The notes beneath the pieces were generated by a model. It was not told the DNA's origin. It was given only the letters and a program-made list of their open reading frames with translations, and did not search any database. Source: Podarcis filfolensis (Eukaryota). From it: a stretch of DNA of 64,000 nucleotides. The first letter of the stretch is position 1; each line of letters begins with the position of its first letter. The stretch is taken from the NCBI GenBank assembly GCA_964270895.1, contig OZ185439.1; one strand, given 5' to 3'. A program made the translations under genes and the position numbers. Shown one piece after another: positions 51,052 to 64,000 of the stretch.

Positions 51052-52348
51052 TTCTTTAGCTGAGTTATCTAAATACAGTATAATAAAGAAAAGGAACAGA
51101 AGACTACTTTCAAGTCAATTGTTGCATAAAACCTCTTTAACAGGGTTTTTCTGTTGTTGTTATTATTCCATATAGATGAAAGTAGGATTTGGAAGTTTAT
51201 AAGTCAAGGGAAGTGAATTCAGCATGTGAAAAAGCCATTGGGGAAAGGGTGAGTGTTAGACCTTTGACTGGAAAAGAACATGTGTTCCCTACATATTTGC
51301 AAATCACCCCCCCCCACCTTTCAAAAGCAGAGTGAAATATTCACGTGGCTAGAGGCAAGGATTCAGAAACTGAAAATTGTGTCAGAAAACCACTAAGGCA
51401 CTTCTAACATCTTTCTCCGTGAAACCGCATCTTGGCTGCACAGCTTCCAACATCCTCATGAGTCATGCAACCACTGGTGCCTAGTATACCTTTTAATTGC
51501 GGAAGCGAAGAACGGTGAAAAGAGGCAGGTATTCCAATCTGAATTAGTTTTGTGGCTGTCCTGTAATAATGCATGGCAGCACCATTTGTCTATGCCCCTT
51601 TGCCCCCACCCCTTTTGGTACCCACAATTACTCTTTGGCTGATGTGATGCTGAGGACACACAGCATGTCATGGTTCCATGGCTCGTCTGCATTTTCACAG
51701 TTCCTTATACGAACTTCAGAAGCCAGAACTGAAATGATTAAAAAATGGGTGATATGCAACTCAATCTTACTCAAGAGTAGACTCACTGAAATTAACTTCT
51801 TCATGTCCATTGCCTTCAGCGAGTCTACTCTGAGTAAGTCTTAGTGAAATACCACCAAGGGTGTAGAAGAACAGTTCTGGCAGCATGAACATAAAGTAGC
51901 TGCTTTGTTTCACACTAAAGGTGCAGAACTATTCGCCGAAAACTAAGCGGCTTCTGCATATGTGCAAATTATGAAAAATGTAGGATTTCATTAATAAAGT
52001 GCATTAATTAAACTGTGCAATGCTTTTGTTTTGTAACTGAAACAGTGTGAGTTCTTTCCCCCAAACATGTACAGCAGGCTCTGTTTTAACAACTCCGTTA
52101 AATTAATAGCCTTTTCAAATAAGCACTGTTTTTATTACTGCCTTCCTGCTAGGGACTAAACTGTGAATAAGTTGCACTTAGGGATATAAAACTTTAATAC
52201 ATAACCACATTAACCACGGATGATGATTCTGGCCTGCTTTACCTTTCCTTAAACCCGCGCTGAATTTAAACACTTCTGCTGCTTATTGCCATGATCATTG
52301 CTGATCATTGCTCTCTGGCTTATGTCATGGTGTTGCGTTGTGCCAGAA

Positions 52349-52490
52349 GCAGTTTAGTCATGCTGGCCACATGACCTGGAAAGCTGTCTGTGGACAAACG
52401 CCAGCACCCTTAGCCTGAAAGTGAGATGAGCGCCACAACCCCATAGGCACCTTTGATTGGACTTAACCAGCCAAGGGTCCTTTACCTTTT
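52349..52490 (+). mobile_element. Sauria SINE 3' fragment
   Basis: GTCATGCTGGCCACATGACC...GGGTCCTTTACCTTT. Confidence 0.8.
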
Positions 52491-55400
52491 TTAAATTCCT
52501 CAATAACCAAGAACAATCTTTAAAAAGGCATCACTACACTTTCCATTCACTTCATTGCTAGGAATAGGGCTGTAAGACTGGTAAGCTGATAAAGTATAAA
52601 TCCTAAGGCTTGCTCTACCAGCACCAAAGTGCACTGCATGAATTGCATCAAACTCCCAAACCATTACACTGAATAAGTAAGATAAAACTGCTGCAGTATC
52701 ACAATGTGTCAAATGCGCCATTATGTTGGAATTGCTGTGACTTTGTGATGCCTTTGCAGACAGTTACTGTATGCCAGCACAAATGATTAGAGCAACACAC
52801 ACTATACAAGAGCTGATGATTATTTTAATACAATTGGTATTGGTGCTGAGACGGTAGCTTCCCTAAACACTACCGAATAAAAAAGTGAAAGGAGCTTCAA
52901 TCCAGCTCAGTCCTCTGCATGCATGGAAGAGATCTGCACATATTGAAAGCAATTGGGTACATGCTGCACCAGAACCTGACAAGTTCATTTTAATAAAGAA
53001 CTAGCTCTAAAAAAGAACTTGCATTGCTGCAGGTGCCACGTAATGCTAACACATTCTGCAGTTGTAAGAGATCAGCCTTTTAGTTTGGCAACACCTACGC
53101 TGTGGAACTCCCTGCCTATTGAAATCAGATAGGCCTTTTCATTGTACTCTTTCTGCTTAAAACATTTTTGTTTAAGCAAGCAAATTTGGACCTGTAGAAG
53201 TTACGAGTGTTTAAATCGGTTTTTGGCTTATTGTTAATTATGTAACTAGTTAGTAAATGTGGGGGGGGGGTTAAAGAGGGGGGAAATCCCTGTTTTGTCT
53301 TTTACTGATAATTTTAAGGGGTTATTTTACTTTGTAAAGCACTCTGAGGTTTAATGATAACCAAACAGCACATACATTTTGCTGAATTGATTAAATAACG
53401 AACACGTGCCTTAACTGACTGAAATAAAACACTGAAATCCATGGGTTTTAAAATGCATCTAATTCTGTGTTAAAATTGTGGTTAGCATGTGTAGCTCATA
53501 TTTTCTTAAACAAAAACATTGTTTATGGAGTTGTTGCTATGATGCAATTGGCAAGAGGACTGGGGGGAAAGTTGGGAGAAAGGGAGCAGGCACAGCTAAC
53601 CAGATGGGGGCCCTGTCTTCAAAGGGTGAGAAGGCATGCACACTGATCCACTCGACTGGAGTAACAGAAAGAGCTTTTATAGAATGTCAAACGGCCTGTA
53701 CAAGTGGGTGGTTTGGCATCTAAGATGCACCTCAGCTCCTGATTAGCTGCCAAGTCTAATTCTGGTTGGGCCACAGTTACAGCTGAAGAATTTCCATGTA
53801 AAGAACACAACGCCTTCATCCAGCTTACTGTTTTGAGACTAAGATCCCAGCATGTAACATTTGTATTTGCTTTCTGTGTAATTATTATTATTATCATTAA
53901 TAACCATCCCTTTCCCCAGCTATATATTTAACTGTGTTTCTAATACAGTAAAGTTAAATACATATATTCAATGGTGTGCAGTAATGTAAATAGCGCCATG
54001 GATGGGAACTATAGAAATATACCCAGCTAATACTTAATCCATCACAACTTCCTCTAAATGGTATGTCAATCTATGGGGAGTTCAAAACATGTGTCTAAAC
54101 TAATTCCAAGTTTTACCTTGCAAAATAATAGCCTTATAACACTAAAGTACCTACATCTGACTTTGTAACACAGAAAATGTCAACAAGGTAGAAAGAACTG
54201 GAAACAAATTATTTTTGTCTAGGGTAAAGATGGCCTCCGTAGAGCTGCTCTGTAAAGAAGAAAGTTGAATTCTCAAACAATACAGCTGTATGGTCCAAGT
54301 TCCAAAAACAAAGCCCTGATTTAAAGCAGTTCTTATAAAAACAAATTGTAATTTAACACATGACCACAACACTTGCCAAATTGTTACATGCGCTGGTAAC
54401 AAAGACTAGGCAACTATTAGGTTATCACCGGCACAGTGCAATTTGGACTTTAAAAATGTGCCACATAATTCCTGGCTGAATTGACCCTTGAGATAAAATT
54501 TTAGGACTGCTGCCTTCTGTTGACATCTCCTATAAACTTGGACTGACACCACTCTGTTAATGGCACCCAGCAAGGATAATTTCATGCTTCTTTATCATCC
54601 AAATGGCACCCTCTGATGTGGCCAGGTGATAAGCAATCAAATCATTGGTCTCATCCATTGAGTTTCTGGATCAAAGAATACTGGAATTGAGTGAGAAGAA
54701 GCCACATTTCCCACCAGGCTCTTTTCTGGTGGGTTGGGAGGGATCTCATAAGATATCTCTCAGGGAGAGCATAATGCAGAGGTAATCAGTGTGCCAACTG
54801 CCAGATGTTATTGGACTCCAACACTTATCACCCCTGACTATTGACCATGCTAGGGGTCTGATGGGCGTTGTGGTCCAACAACATTGGCTATCCCTGGTCT
54901 AATGAGACAACATTTCCATGAATATTCCACATTCTGAAAACCCTCAACTGCAAACCTGTGAAAATTTTGTACGTTCTGGGTATCTTGATGAAGTTGGCCT
55001 AATCTTCTCTGGTTTTAGTAGAGTTTAGCAGATATACTTTCTTCCCCAGCTTCTACTTCCAGGGATGAGGAGATACAAATTCTGAACTGGTGGTGGTGGC
55101 ACTAACAGAGATGCCGAAAGCTAAGGTCTCTCCACGTTGCCCTGTAGTTTAGAACAGGAAAGGGGAGGGGCACATATAGCATAGGCCAATCCACCTGTCT
55201 GTACCTGATTTTACCATGTTATTTCTTTTTTGTGGTGAGCTGGTGTGCGCTAGTGTGATGTGTTTACCAAGAGGCTTAGATAAAATAAAACTGCACATGC
55301 CCTGAGACTTTGTGTATTTTGTGGCTTTGAGCAATGAGCATGGTGCTTCACCACACAAAAGCAACATGGGAATAAAATAAAATGACTTTGTTAAGACTTT

Positions 55401-56827
55401 GCCACATCACAAAATAATGCAAGCATTGGCTGTGAGGAGCCTTTCAAAAGAGATGGAGGCAGTAAAAGAAACATTAAGAGGAAGAGGTAACGGTGCCATA
55501 TCCTTTATTATATGGGCTTGTACTACTAAAAATACCTACTGCATACTGAAGCACTCTATATTAAAGTCTCTGGGGTTGCAATTTTTATTCTTATCCACAT
55601 GCACAGAGCATAAAAAGAATCTGAAACATTTAGATATATGAAGTTTGCCTGCATTAAAATCTTTTGCACTTTCGTCCCTGGCTTGTAGTAATCTTGACAG
55701 GGGTTCGAGCAGACAGCAGGTGAGCATTAAGATGCAAGCTTCATGCACACCCTACAGTCAGCAGAAAGCTTAACTGAAGCATTTCAACCATAAAATGCTA
55801 ACCCTAGCATTCATTTTCACAATTCTGCAGGGAAAGAATTGCTTTTTGCCAGGGACTTGCACTTCAAAAACAAATGCTTACTCCAATCCTAAATTGCAGA
55901 ACAGCCCCCATAGACTCTGAGTACAGCCAGAATCAAAATGAAAGGGAATATTCTTAGCTAGCAATCCTATTCACTAAACTGTGGGTTCTTCAGTCCTTGA
56001 AGAAGTGCAATTCTGAAGTAGAGATAGCTGTGCCCAGTGAGGCCAATAGGAAGGTGGCATGATCATGGGGGAAGGCCCAGTAGGAGATTGCAATGAAGGC
56101 AGAGGCACCTCAGAGACCCTAATGTGGGACTGTGGCTAGCCAGCCCATGTGTGACTGCATGCATACCCCTCAATAGTCCCAATTTCAGCAGCACACCCCA
56201 GAATCACAGAAGCGAATTCTGGCTTCTGATTAGATCCCAGAATGTCCTGGGGGGGGGGGGTGTCTGCCATGCGCCAATGTGTGGGACCAAAAGATGCTTG
56301 CATTTTGGTCCAGCGCTTTCGTGCGAGAGCTCAGGAGCAAAACAACTACAACAAGCATCCCAATTTTGATCAGTGGGATGTTAAGAGGGCATGTGACCAT
56401 AACTCGTGAGTGGGGAAGGCACTCTCTTCCACATCCACATCCATTGTCACAGTCTTTTTAACGTGAGCTGTATACAAGTATTTACAAAAGCAGTTCATAC
56501 AGAGTACCTGCACCTTAAAGCAAACGAATATTCTCCACCACAGCACCACCACACTACAGCACAACAACCACAACCACAATTACTGTTGAACAGGCTTTTC
56601 TTTTAAAACAGGTGATAGCCAATCACATTCCTACTGAGTCACTCTGACCCAGCACTTCACAGAGTATTGCATCAGCCTGTTGAAGCCTGCAGACTTACTC
56701 ATCATCCTGTGAATCCCAACATCCATCCCAGCTAATGAACTCTTTCACTTGCCATTACTTTATACCAAGAAGGAAGAACTCCATTACTGGTCTTGGCACT
56801 GCATATTTACAGATCCGCTGGCAAGGG

Positions 56828-57072
56828 TCTTCTTCTTCTTTGGCGATCACTCGTAGCGGAGTAAGATTGTCTTCCATAAACACGGTTTGAAAAGTGAGTC
56901 CATAAGTGACTGTGGAGGCCAGTTCGGGATCCACACCTCCTTCCACAGTGGGGACATAGGTTTCTGGGTGGGAGTTGATCATGGTGAAGGTTTGCCAAGT
57001 GTGCCTTCCTCTTAGCGCATTTCTCCCTTTCATCCTGAGTTCGAGTGTCTTCAAAATCCATGACACATTTGT
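56828..57072 (-). mobile_element. RTE-clade LINE 3' end with C-terminal C2H2 zinc finger and (AAG)n tail
   Basis: Peptide CPHCGRRCGSRTGLHSHLWTH (CX2CX12HX3H), short 3' UTR, GAAGAAGAAGA tail. Confidence 0.8.
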
Positions 57073-57130
57073 TAAAAGCTGTTCTCCAATTGGAGTACTC
57101 TAGTACTCTGGTACTCTACCTCCTCCTTCC

Positions 57131-57280
57131 ACAGGAGACTGCTTTATACCAGTTCAAACTATTTGTCCATCTAGTGTTGTCTATGTTGATTGGCAGTGGC
57201 TCTCCAGGGTTCCAGACAGAAATATTTCCCATGCTCTGCATGCAGAACAGTTGCTCTACCCCACGGAGCAACAGCCTTTC
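57131..57280 (-). mobile_element. tRNA-headed SINE (Squam2-like), degenerate
   Basis: TTGATTGGCAGTGGCTCTCCAGG is shared with 27410-27720. Confidence 0.6.
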
Positions 57281-58747
57281 CAGTGCTTTGAATGATGCCC
57301 CATGAACCCACCTTGGAGAAGGAAGGCTCCTTGCCATGACTGCCAACCCCAACTCTGATATTCCTTCATCAAGAGATGGTGTTTGAGATGACTCTTGGCC
57401 TTCTAAGCTACACCTTCCCAACCAAACAGCCACATATCCTTTCTGTGAACATTTGTGCACTGACAATTCGCTTATACAGGGGGAATATCCTAGGCAGAAT
57501 GACCCTTGTCCTGAACCTATAAAAGCCCATTGGCCTTTTTGTTGATTGTCATGTGAGGATGGGCAATCTTTCTTCAGCTGAGGAATTATTTTTGCTCCGA
57601 TTTTATGCTCCGTTTCTCAGGATGTGCTCGAGATCTTTCATGCTGACTTTAACCTCATTCATTTCCTCACTGCCAAAGGCTTTTGTGTGTGTTGTTCAGG
57701 ATTCCCTGCCTATCCAAGGGCCTGCCAGCTCCACTTTCCTGCCAGACATTCTTTGCCCTCCTGAGCAGCCATAATGGCTTTTCTAAATCACCTGCTGCAA
57801 GAGAGTGCCTTCTCTTTTGATTGTTCAAGAATATTTTCTGGCTGAATGCAACAATAAGCATCTCGGAGAAACAGCCCTGGTGGCATGCTGAAAGGGGTAA
57901 GAAAGAATGGAAATTTGGGCAGCTCGGCTCCTGAAGCATCTACTTGCAAGGAAGCCAGCTTTCAACATTTTCATTAGCCCAGCAGAAAGAGCAATCTTGA
58001 ATAATACAGTGGTTATTTGGCAGAAGTAAAGCAATTCAGTGGGCATCTTCCCTTAATGTCATTGACAAGCAGTGGAATATAAGAGTCTTGTATATCTTTT
58101 TATTGATAATTTTAGCTAATGGGACCCCACTGTAAGAAGAACGTATGGTCCTTGCAAGTTACGGGATAAGCGAGCTGAACTTAAATGTCATTGATTTTAA
58201 AGAGGGCTAAGTTACATCTTGACTTAATTTTCTCTACTGAACCTGTTCAAGGGTTCATTTTATTTTAACAAGATTTATATACTGCCTATCATCAAAAACT
58301 TCTAAGAAGTTCACATAAAACAATGTAAATATTCATTTAACTTTTTAAAAAGAGCAAGTTGATAAAAATATAAATAAAACCAGCTCTATTAAAATAAATA
58401 TGCGTGCTAAAATTGCTTAATATGAATCCAACCTGCAGCCTACAGAGAAAGATGCCGTGACTGTTCTGATACTCTATGGTGTTGATCACAAATGTACTAC
58501 CCAGCAGGTCAGAAATGAGAAATGGGGCTCTCTTGTGCATGAAGGGTTATGGGCAGAGCCTGGCATCCCTAGACCTTGCCCAGGCTAGCAGTGGCAGGGT
58601 CAACATGATCCGGACACTAATGTGCTGGGAGCAGAAAGCCGGAACTGAAAGTCCATGCAAGCAGATGGCTCCAGCTGACAAAACCAGTGAAGCAAATGAG
58701 CTGAGTGTCTGTTTAGACAACATGTTTTCCAACAGATACAAGGAGAT

Positions 58748-58767
58748 ATGTGTGTGTGTGTGTGTGT
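58748..58767. repeat. (TG)n microsatellite
   Basis: Read directly. Confidence 0.9.
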
Positions 58768-58934
58768 ATAAATAAACTTCAGGGTTCTTATAAAACCTGT
58801 ACTTAGGATGGGAGCGGAAGAGAGGAGAAAGGGGCTTGAAAGAACTTCTCTCAGCTTGAACACACAGGGGAGGCAACAGGTCATGTCACTTGGCCTTGTT
58901 TCCTATATACATAGATTGAGCTGTGAGATTGAGC

Positions 58935-59386
58935 TCATTAGGGTGAATGGGGATCTGCCCCACTGACCTCAGGTGTCCTCACCTGCTCGCCTTCTAACCT
59001 CTTTTTATTACTACTTCTGTTACATTACTATCCCACCTTTTCTCCAAAGAGCTCAAGCTGGTGTGCACATTGCTACCCCTCTCCATTTTATTGTCACAAC
59101 AACTCTGTGAGGTAGGTTAGGCTGAGACACAGTGACTGGCCCAGAGACACCCAGTGGGCTTCATAGCTGAGCAGAACCCTGATCTCTCAGGTCCTAGTCC
59201 AGCAGTCTAACCACTAGTTCACACTGGCTCTCTTACAGCCAGTCTAGGGCTATACACACCAGGAAAGGGGACGGGGACAAAACCAGAATTAGTTGGCTCT
59301 GCCTGTCATTGGCTCTTGCTCTGCCCACCCTTGGCCACTCTACCCTTGCCCCCCACCCCAGTTCCAATGGGCATCATTCACCAATG
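58935..59386. mobile_element. Second, older copy of the 14248-14511 hAT-like family, split by a SINE
   Basis: Shared blocks TAGGGTGAATGGGG, CCTCACCTGCT, GACGGGGACAAAAC, TGTCATTGGCTCT and CCAATGGGCA. Confidence 0.65.
59005..59232 (-). mobile_element. MIR/Ther1-derived SINE (Squam3-like)
   Basis: Minus strand GAGAGCCAGTGTG...AGTGGTTAGACTGCTGGACTAGGACC head, CORE-like TCTCAGCCTAACCTACCTCACAG, AAAGGTGGGATA tail. Confidence 0.8.
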
Positions 59387-59689
59387 TATTTGGCAATAAC
59401 TTTGAAAGGGCCTACCCATGTACAGCTGTATGATCATAGCCACTTACATGTGATCAGGAGCATGTAGGAAGCCTACATCTGTAAAAATGTAAGCATCTAC
59501 TTTTACATTCACTCTGTACTTGTTGACCTCAGGGGGTGGGAAGAGCTACTGGATGTGGCTCCACTTCTAAGTCCATGAATTTAGTGACTGTGTTGCAGGT
59601 GCAGGGAGATGTTGAGATGCGCCCAGTTTTCCACTTCTTAGTGGATATTGCATGCTTCTGAAATTTGTGTGAATAGTTAATATTTGCTT

Positions 59690-59990
59690 AATAATAATAA
59701 TATTTTTTTATTTATACCCCGCCCATCTGGCTGGGTTTCCCCAGCCACTCTGAGCAGCTTCCAACAAAATATTAAAATACAATAGTCCATCAAACATTAA
59801 ACGCTTCCCTAAACAGGGCTGCCTTCAGATGTCTTCTAAAAGTCTGGTAGTTGTTCTTCTCTTTGACATCTGGTGGGAGGGTGTTCCACAGGTCGGCCAC
59901 CACTACTGAGAAGGTGCTCTGCCTGGTTCCCTGTAACTTGGCTTCTCGCAGTGAGGGAACCGCCAGAAGGCCCTCAGTGCTGGACCTCAG
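59690..59990 (-). mobile_element. L2 LINE 3' end
   Basis: Plus strand TTTATACCCCGCCCATCTGGCTGGG...AGGGCTGCCTTCAGATGTCTTC...GTTCCACAGG with a (TAA)n tail; recalled lacertid L2 pattern. Confidence 0.7.
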
Positions 59991-60775
59991 GCTTTACGTA
60001 ACCTTTGAATGGCAGGCATAAGTTGTTGCTTTAGAACACAAAGCTATTTTATTTTCATGGGGAAAGAACCACAACATTATGAACATCCAACTTGACCACT
60101 TTCAAGAAGTGTGAGTTTCTGAGGACAACAATAGGAGCCCTCTTAGCATGAAGTGTGTCTGCCGCACACGTACCACCCCTGCCCCATTGTTCCCTGACTT
60201 CTGCATGCAAAGCTGGAGGCAGCTTGTAAGTGGGTTCAGTCAAACACACAAGCCTCTTCAAGATCAGGAAACCTGCCTTATTCCTGAATGTGAGTAAGCA
60301 CATTCAGCAAAATGTCCCCTGTCCAAAACCCTAGACCAGACTTCGCCAGACTTCTCAGACAATACTGAGCTGGTCTGACTTGGTATCAGACAGCTTCCGA
60401 TGTTTCTATTTGAAAGTGAAGATGCTTCTTAAAGTCTTTAATAGCTATCCCTTTAAAGCCAAGGAATTCACAGTTTGCATAGACCCATGCAAACTGTTCC
60501 ATTAAACCAAACCATAAAATTGTTTTTATATGCATCAGTATTCCCTTTGAATGATAATGGATAGGATCCACATTTGCTATCAGCCTTTGCAAACTCTTCT
60601 GTGTTTAATTGACTCTCTTTTGTCTACCTGACATTAGCAAGAACAAATCCTGCTGATGGATTTTATGCTTCTTCATGTATATAATTAAAACCTGCAGCAA
60701 TGCTGTTAGTTTCCCCTTTCTCCAACATATAGATGTCTTTCCCCACCTTTCTGGCTGCAAACCACATGAATATAC

Positions 60776-60797
60776 ATATATATATATATATATATAT
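60776..60797. repeat. (TA)n microsatellite
   Basis: Read directly. Confidence 0.9.
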
Positions 60798-63093
60798 GCC
60801 AAAGTAGTACATAGCATGCAGTACCACGTTCCTGAGTGTCTCTTACTCATCATGCAAGCTAGAATGCTCTCAGGTGGTAAGAAGCAAGACACTTATTGAC
60901 TGGCAACAATAATTTAAGACCTCTACCTGTGGTTTGAAAGCATTCTGATGTACACAGTATATTTGAACAGCTGTAGATAATCTCCCAAGCCCAAATCACT
61001 AATCTTCTGGATTACATTAAATATACATTAAAAAAAAAAAGTGTGGGCAACTGTTGTCTTGTATAGGCATATTTAAATACCATAAGATACCCAGCAAAGA
61101 CATGCTCCTTTCCCAACACCCTGGAGCAGATTTTGAGGGTGTGCAGGGGATGGCAGGGGAAAAGAAAGGAAGGGAAAGATCCCTTCTGCAAGCAGAAGTC
61201 TGTTCCACTAGAAGAACAGTAGTGTAGGAAATATGACCTCAGTGGTTGCATCCTCTAAACATTTTGAAAATAAAACTGTCACCTGTCATATCTATGATAG
61301 CAATTCTTTGGCACCATTAGCTGCCCCACAAAATGGCACAGTGAAAGACAACTGGCCAAAGATCATGAAAGGGAACAAACACAGTGAAAATGGAAAAAAC
61401 CTAACATCAATTTCAGTGCATTGCTCTTTTAAACTGCAATGGCAGCTTTACTTTTGACTCTGGCTGAACCTTGGCTTTGCACCCACCCACCTTGAGCCTT
61501 CCATTGGACTTCTTAGTTGTGGTGCCTGCTGTGGCACCCTAGAAGCTCTGCACCCAGTGCAACTGAACCGGTCATGCTCCCCTAGATATGTCTTTGCTTT
61601 GCACAGAAGATCTGTGGACATGTGAAGGGCTCCTCCATGCAAGAAGTAATCAAGCTGATTCCTCTCTTGGAATTTGCATTTCCATGCTTCCATAAAGGTT
61701 TTGAATTTGGAACATGGAAGGAAGAATGTGGTTGGGTTCTGGAGGAGCGGTTGATGAGGCAGACATAATTTTTTGCCTGCAAAAGGCTGAAGGCAGTCTT
61801 GAACATGAAGTATAAATTGGACTTTTCACAGATCCCAGGGAGTGCTGCTTCAGGGAGAATTTAAAATATCCTGCATGCAAATGGAAATGATCTCTCCCCA
61901 CCCCCATCCTATATAGATCCAGTCTGTAATGAGTTAAATAATTCCAAGGGACAGTTTACGGCACAATCTTTATCAGCTGATGACTGCCACTATTGTGCAA
62001 TAGTGTGGACTTCAGACTGTCATAGATCACCTATCACACACAGAGGCTTTGCATCACATGAATAAATCAGTGCAGGGAAGCTTATGAATCAACAGATTGC
62101 CATACCGACAGATTGCAGATTTGATGCAAGTCAAGAAGACAGAAGAGTGAGTGAGACTGGTCAAGCGGAGCCCACCAATAAAACCAAGGGACCTGTCAGA
62201 GGGATTATGAAGAAAAGATCAAGCTGTCAGGATGAGAGGAGAGGGAGCATCAGAGTGGTCAGCAGGAACTCAGAAGTCAGGCACAGCACTTGAAAGGGAT
62301 CAGAGCTAACATGCTCAGTCCTGGGGAGTGCTAAGACAGCATCAGTGCAAGTGTGAGAGCTCAAGCAGGGCATCTTAAGTGGGGAGAGAAAACATGAAAA
62401 ATGTCATCAAATGCATGTAGCCTAGTCCCCATTTTTAAAAAACAAACCAAAAAGTTATTAAATGTAGGCAGGGCCCTGTGTGCCATCTGTGCCAAATACT
62501 TCAGTTGCAATCAAATATACAAATCTGCATAGTTGACTTTGTTTCCTTTTATTTAATTTTTGCTGGTAATTTCACATCATTTATTCTCCTACCAAGATCC
62601 AGTTGTGTAATTTATTTATTTTTTGTTGTTGTGCTTGCAAAGGCCGAGGTAACAGGGCAGAGGTCCCATAGAAGGCCCTTTGCCCAATGACCCCCTATTA
62701 TTTGGAGCTGACACCAATTATGATATTCATTAAAGCTAGCAGCAGTATTACATGTGCTTCCTAGTCTTCTCCTTGAGACTCGAGGTGTTTTGCAATATTG
62801 CAAAGACAAAAGAATAAACCTGGAATAATAATAAAAATGTCAGCCACGATCATCCATGATAAAATGGATGGTAAATCTGTCTATTAGAAACACTGTGTGT
62901 TGTTCGGCTCACATCGTTTGCAGTGCATTTGTCATCTGTCGTCTCCTCTCTTCTGTGATCCCACCCCCAGTATTAGTACCGAATGATTTGGTCTTTAGGA
63001 TACAAGGCCAGCATTACAGAAAAGCCATGCTAGAATACAACCTCTTCCCCCAAATGTCTATCTCACTTCTGCTGTGGATTGATGTGTCTATGG

Positions 63094-63220
63094 CAGTGTT
63101 TCCCAAACTTGGGTCTCCAGCTGTTTATGGACTACAACTCCCACCATCCCTAGCTAGCAAGTCAGGGAAGATAGAATTGTAGTCCAAAAACAGCTGAAGA
63201 CCCAAGTTTGGGAAACCCTG
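63094..63220. mobile_element. hAT MITE (same family as 27476-27589)
   Basis: TIRs CAGTGTTTCCCAAACTTGGGTCT / AGACCCAAGTTTGGGAAACCCTG; perfect TSD GTCTATGG. Confidence 0.9.
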
Positions 63221-64000
63221 GTCTATGGTCCAAGATCAGAGTAGGTGCTCTCTGTAGATACTCTGCAGACATGGCAACACCCACCCCAAAAGGACTGGAA
63301 TTTAATTCCTGTGGGGATATAATACTATTCACCCAACTGTTTGGGCAGCATTAACTAACTAGATTTTAACTAGTGACACAGTACAATAGTCAATTTTACC
63401 CCACTGGAGAAATATAATAATTGATTTCCTGTTCCCAGAATCAAAATCTTCACAGGAACATTTTTCCAACATTTTGTACTTGTTCTGCAGTTATTTATTA
63501 TGCCAATGATGAAGTGGCTGTGGGATAACAAAGCAAGAATGCACCATCTAAAGATAAAATATGTATTACACGTTCCATGCTCTCCAGCCAGAAAAATCCA
63601 TTTATTCTGTTTTCAAGATTTGTTTGTGTGAGAGCACTTTCAAGGAGATTTTTCTCATACGTTTGACTATAACATCAAAAAATGATAAATTAATCTACGT
63701 TCCTTAATAATAGTTTGGGGGAAAGAATGGTGTTTTTAAATAACAGCAAAGAACACTACAGAAGTCTTGGCTGAAAACAGGGGACAATGGGTGGGAACTG
63801 ACTGTGTGAAGCTCTATCGATGAAATGCCCCAGTCTAGATAGTCATATGCAAACAGCAGATCTCTTGTAGATGGGATGGTGGGGTATCCCGTTCAATTTC
63901 AGCTGGAGGAACTGAGCCACACATAGAAGGGAAGTACTTTCATCATGTTATCCACACAGCAATAATACCTTGCAAAGTAGTCTCCCTCCACAGCCATGGA

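Noticed and set aside
56755-57066. Host zinc-finger gene
   Set aside because: Single finger followed by a retroelement tail; RTE LINE ORF terminus.
60055-60303. 82-aa ORF as an alternative STK32C exon
   Set aside because: No similarity to STK32 N-termini that I can recall and no convincing splice sites identified.
45641-64000. STK32C first coding exon (expected to end ...PVFDDKED)
   Set aside because: No matching peptide or CpG-island promoter seen on the minus strand; probably beyond the window. A short or divergent exon could have been missed.

Overview
Eukaryotic genomic DNA, most likely a squamate reptile; the Sauria/POM-type SINEs suggest a lacertid lizard (inference). The window lies inside one minus-strand kinase gene, STK32C (YANK3). 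Two coding exons are visible: 45585-45640 (56 nt, xNFDHFQILRAIGKGSFGK) and 585-736 (152 nt, [51 protein letters not shown]), separated by a 44.8-kb intron. I could not find the first coding exon, so it probably lies beyond 64000. The rest is intron packed with repeats: eight Sauria SINE copies or fragments, tRNA-, MIR- and 5S-headed SINEs, CR1/L2/RTE/L1 3' ends, hAT and Tc1/mariner MITEs, a solo LTR and microsatellites. The most interesting observation is two minimal type I hammerhead-ribozyme motifs (41416-41455 and 50917-50956) in Penelope-like remnants. Both are sense to the STK32C pre-mRNA and flank the 56-nt exon; one sits inside a ~97-bp-arm palindrome. Other highlights are an inverted SINE pair around the same exon, a possible SINE-created poison exon, a perfect 58-bp target-site duplication and several nested insertions. 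Repeat family names come from recalled consensus patterns, not a database search.
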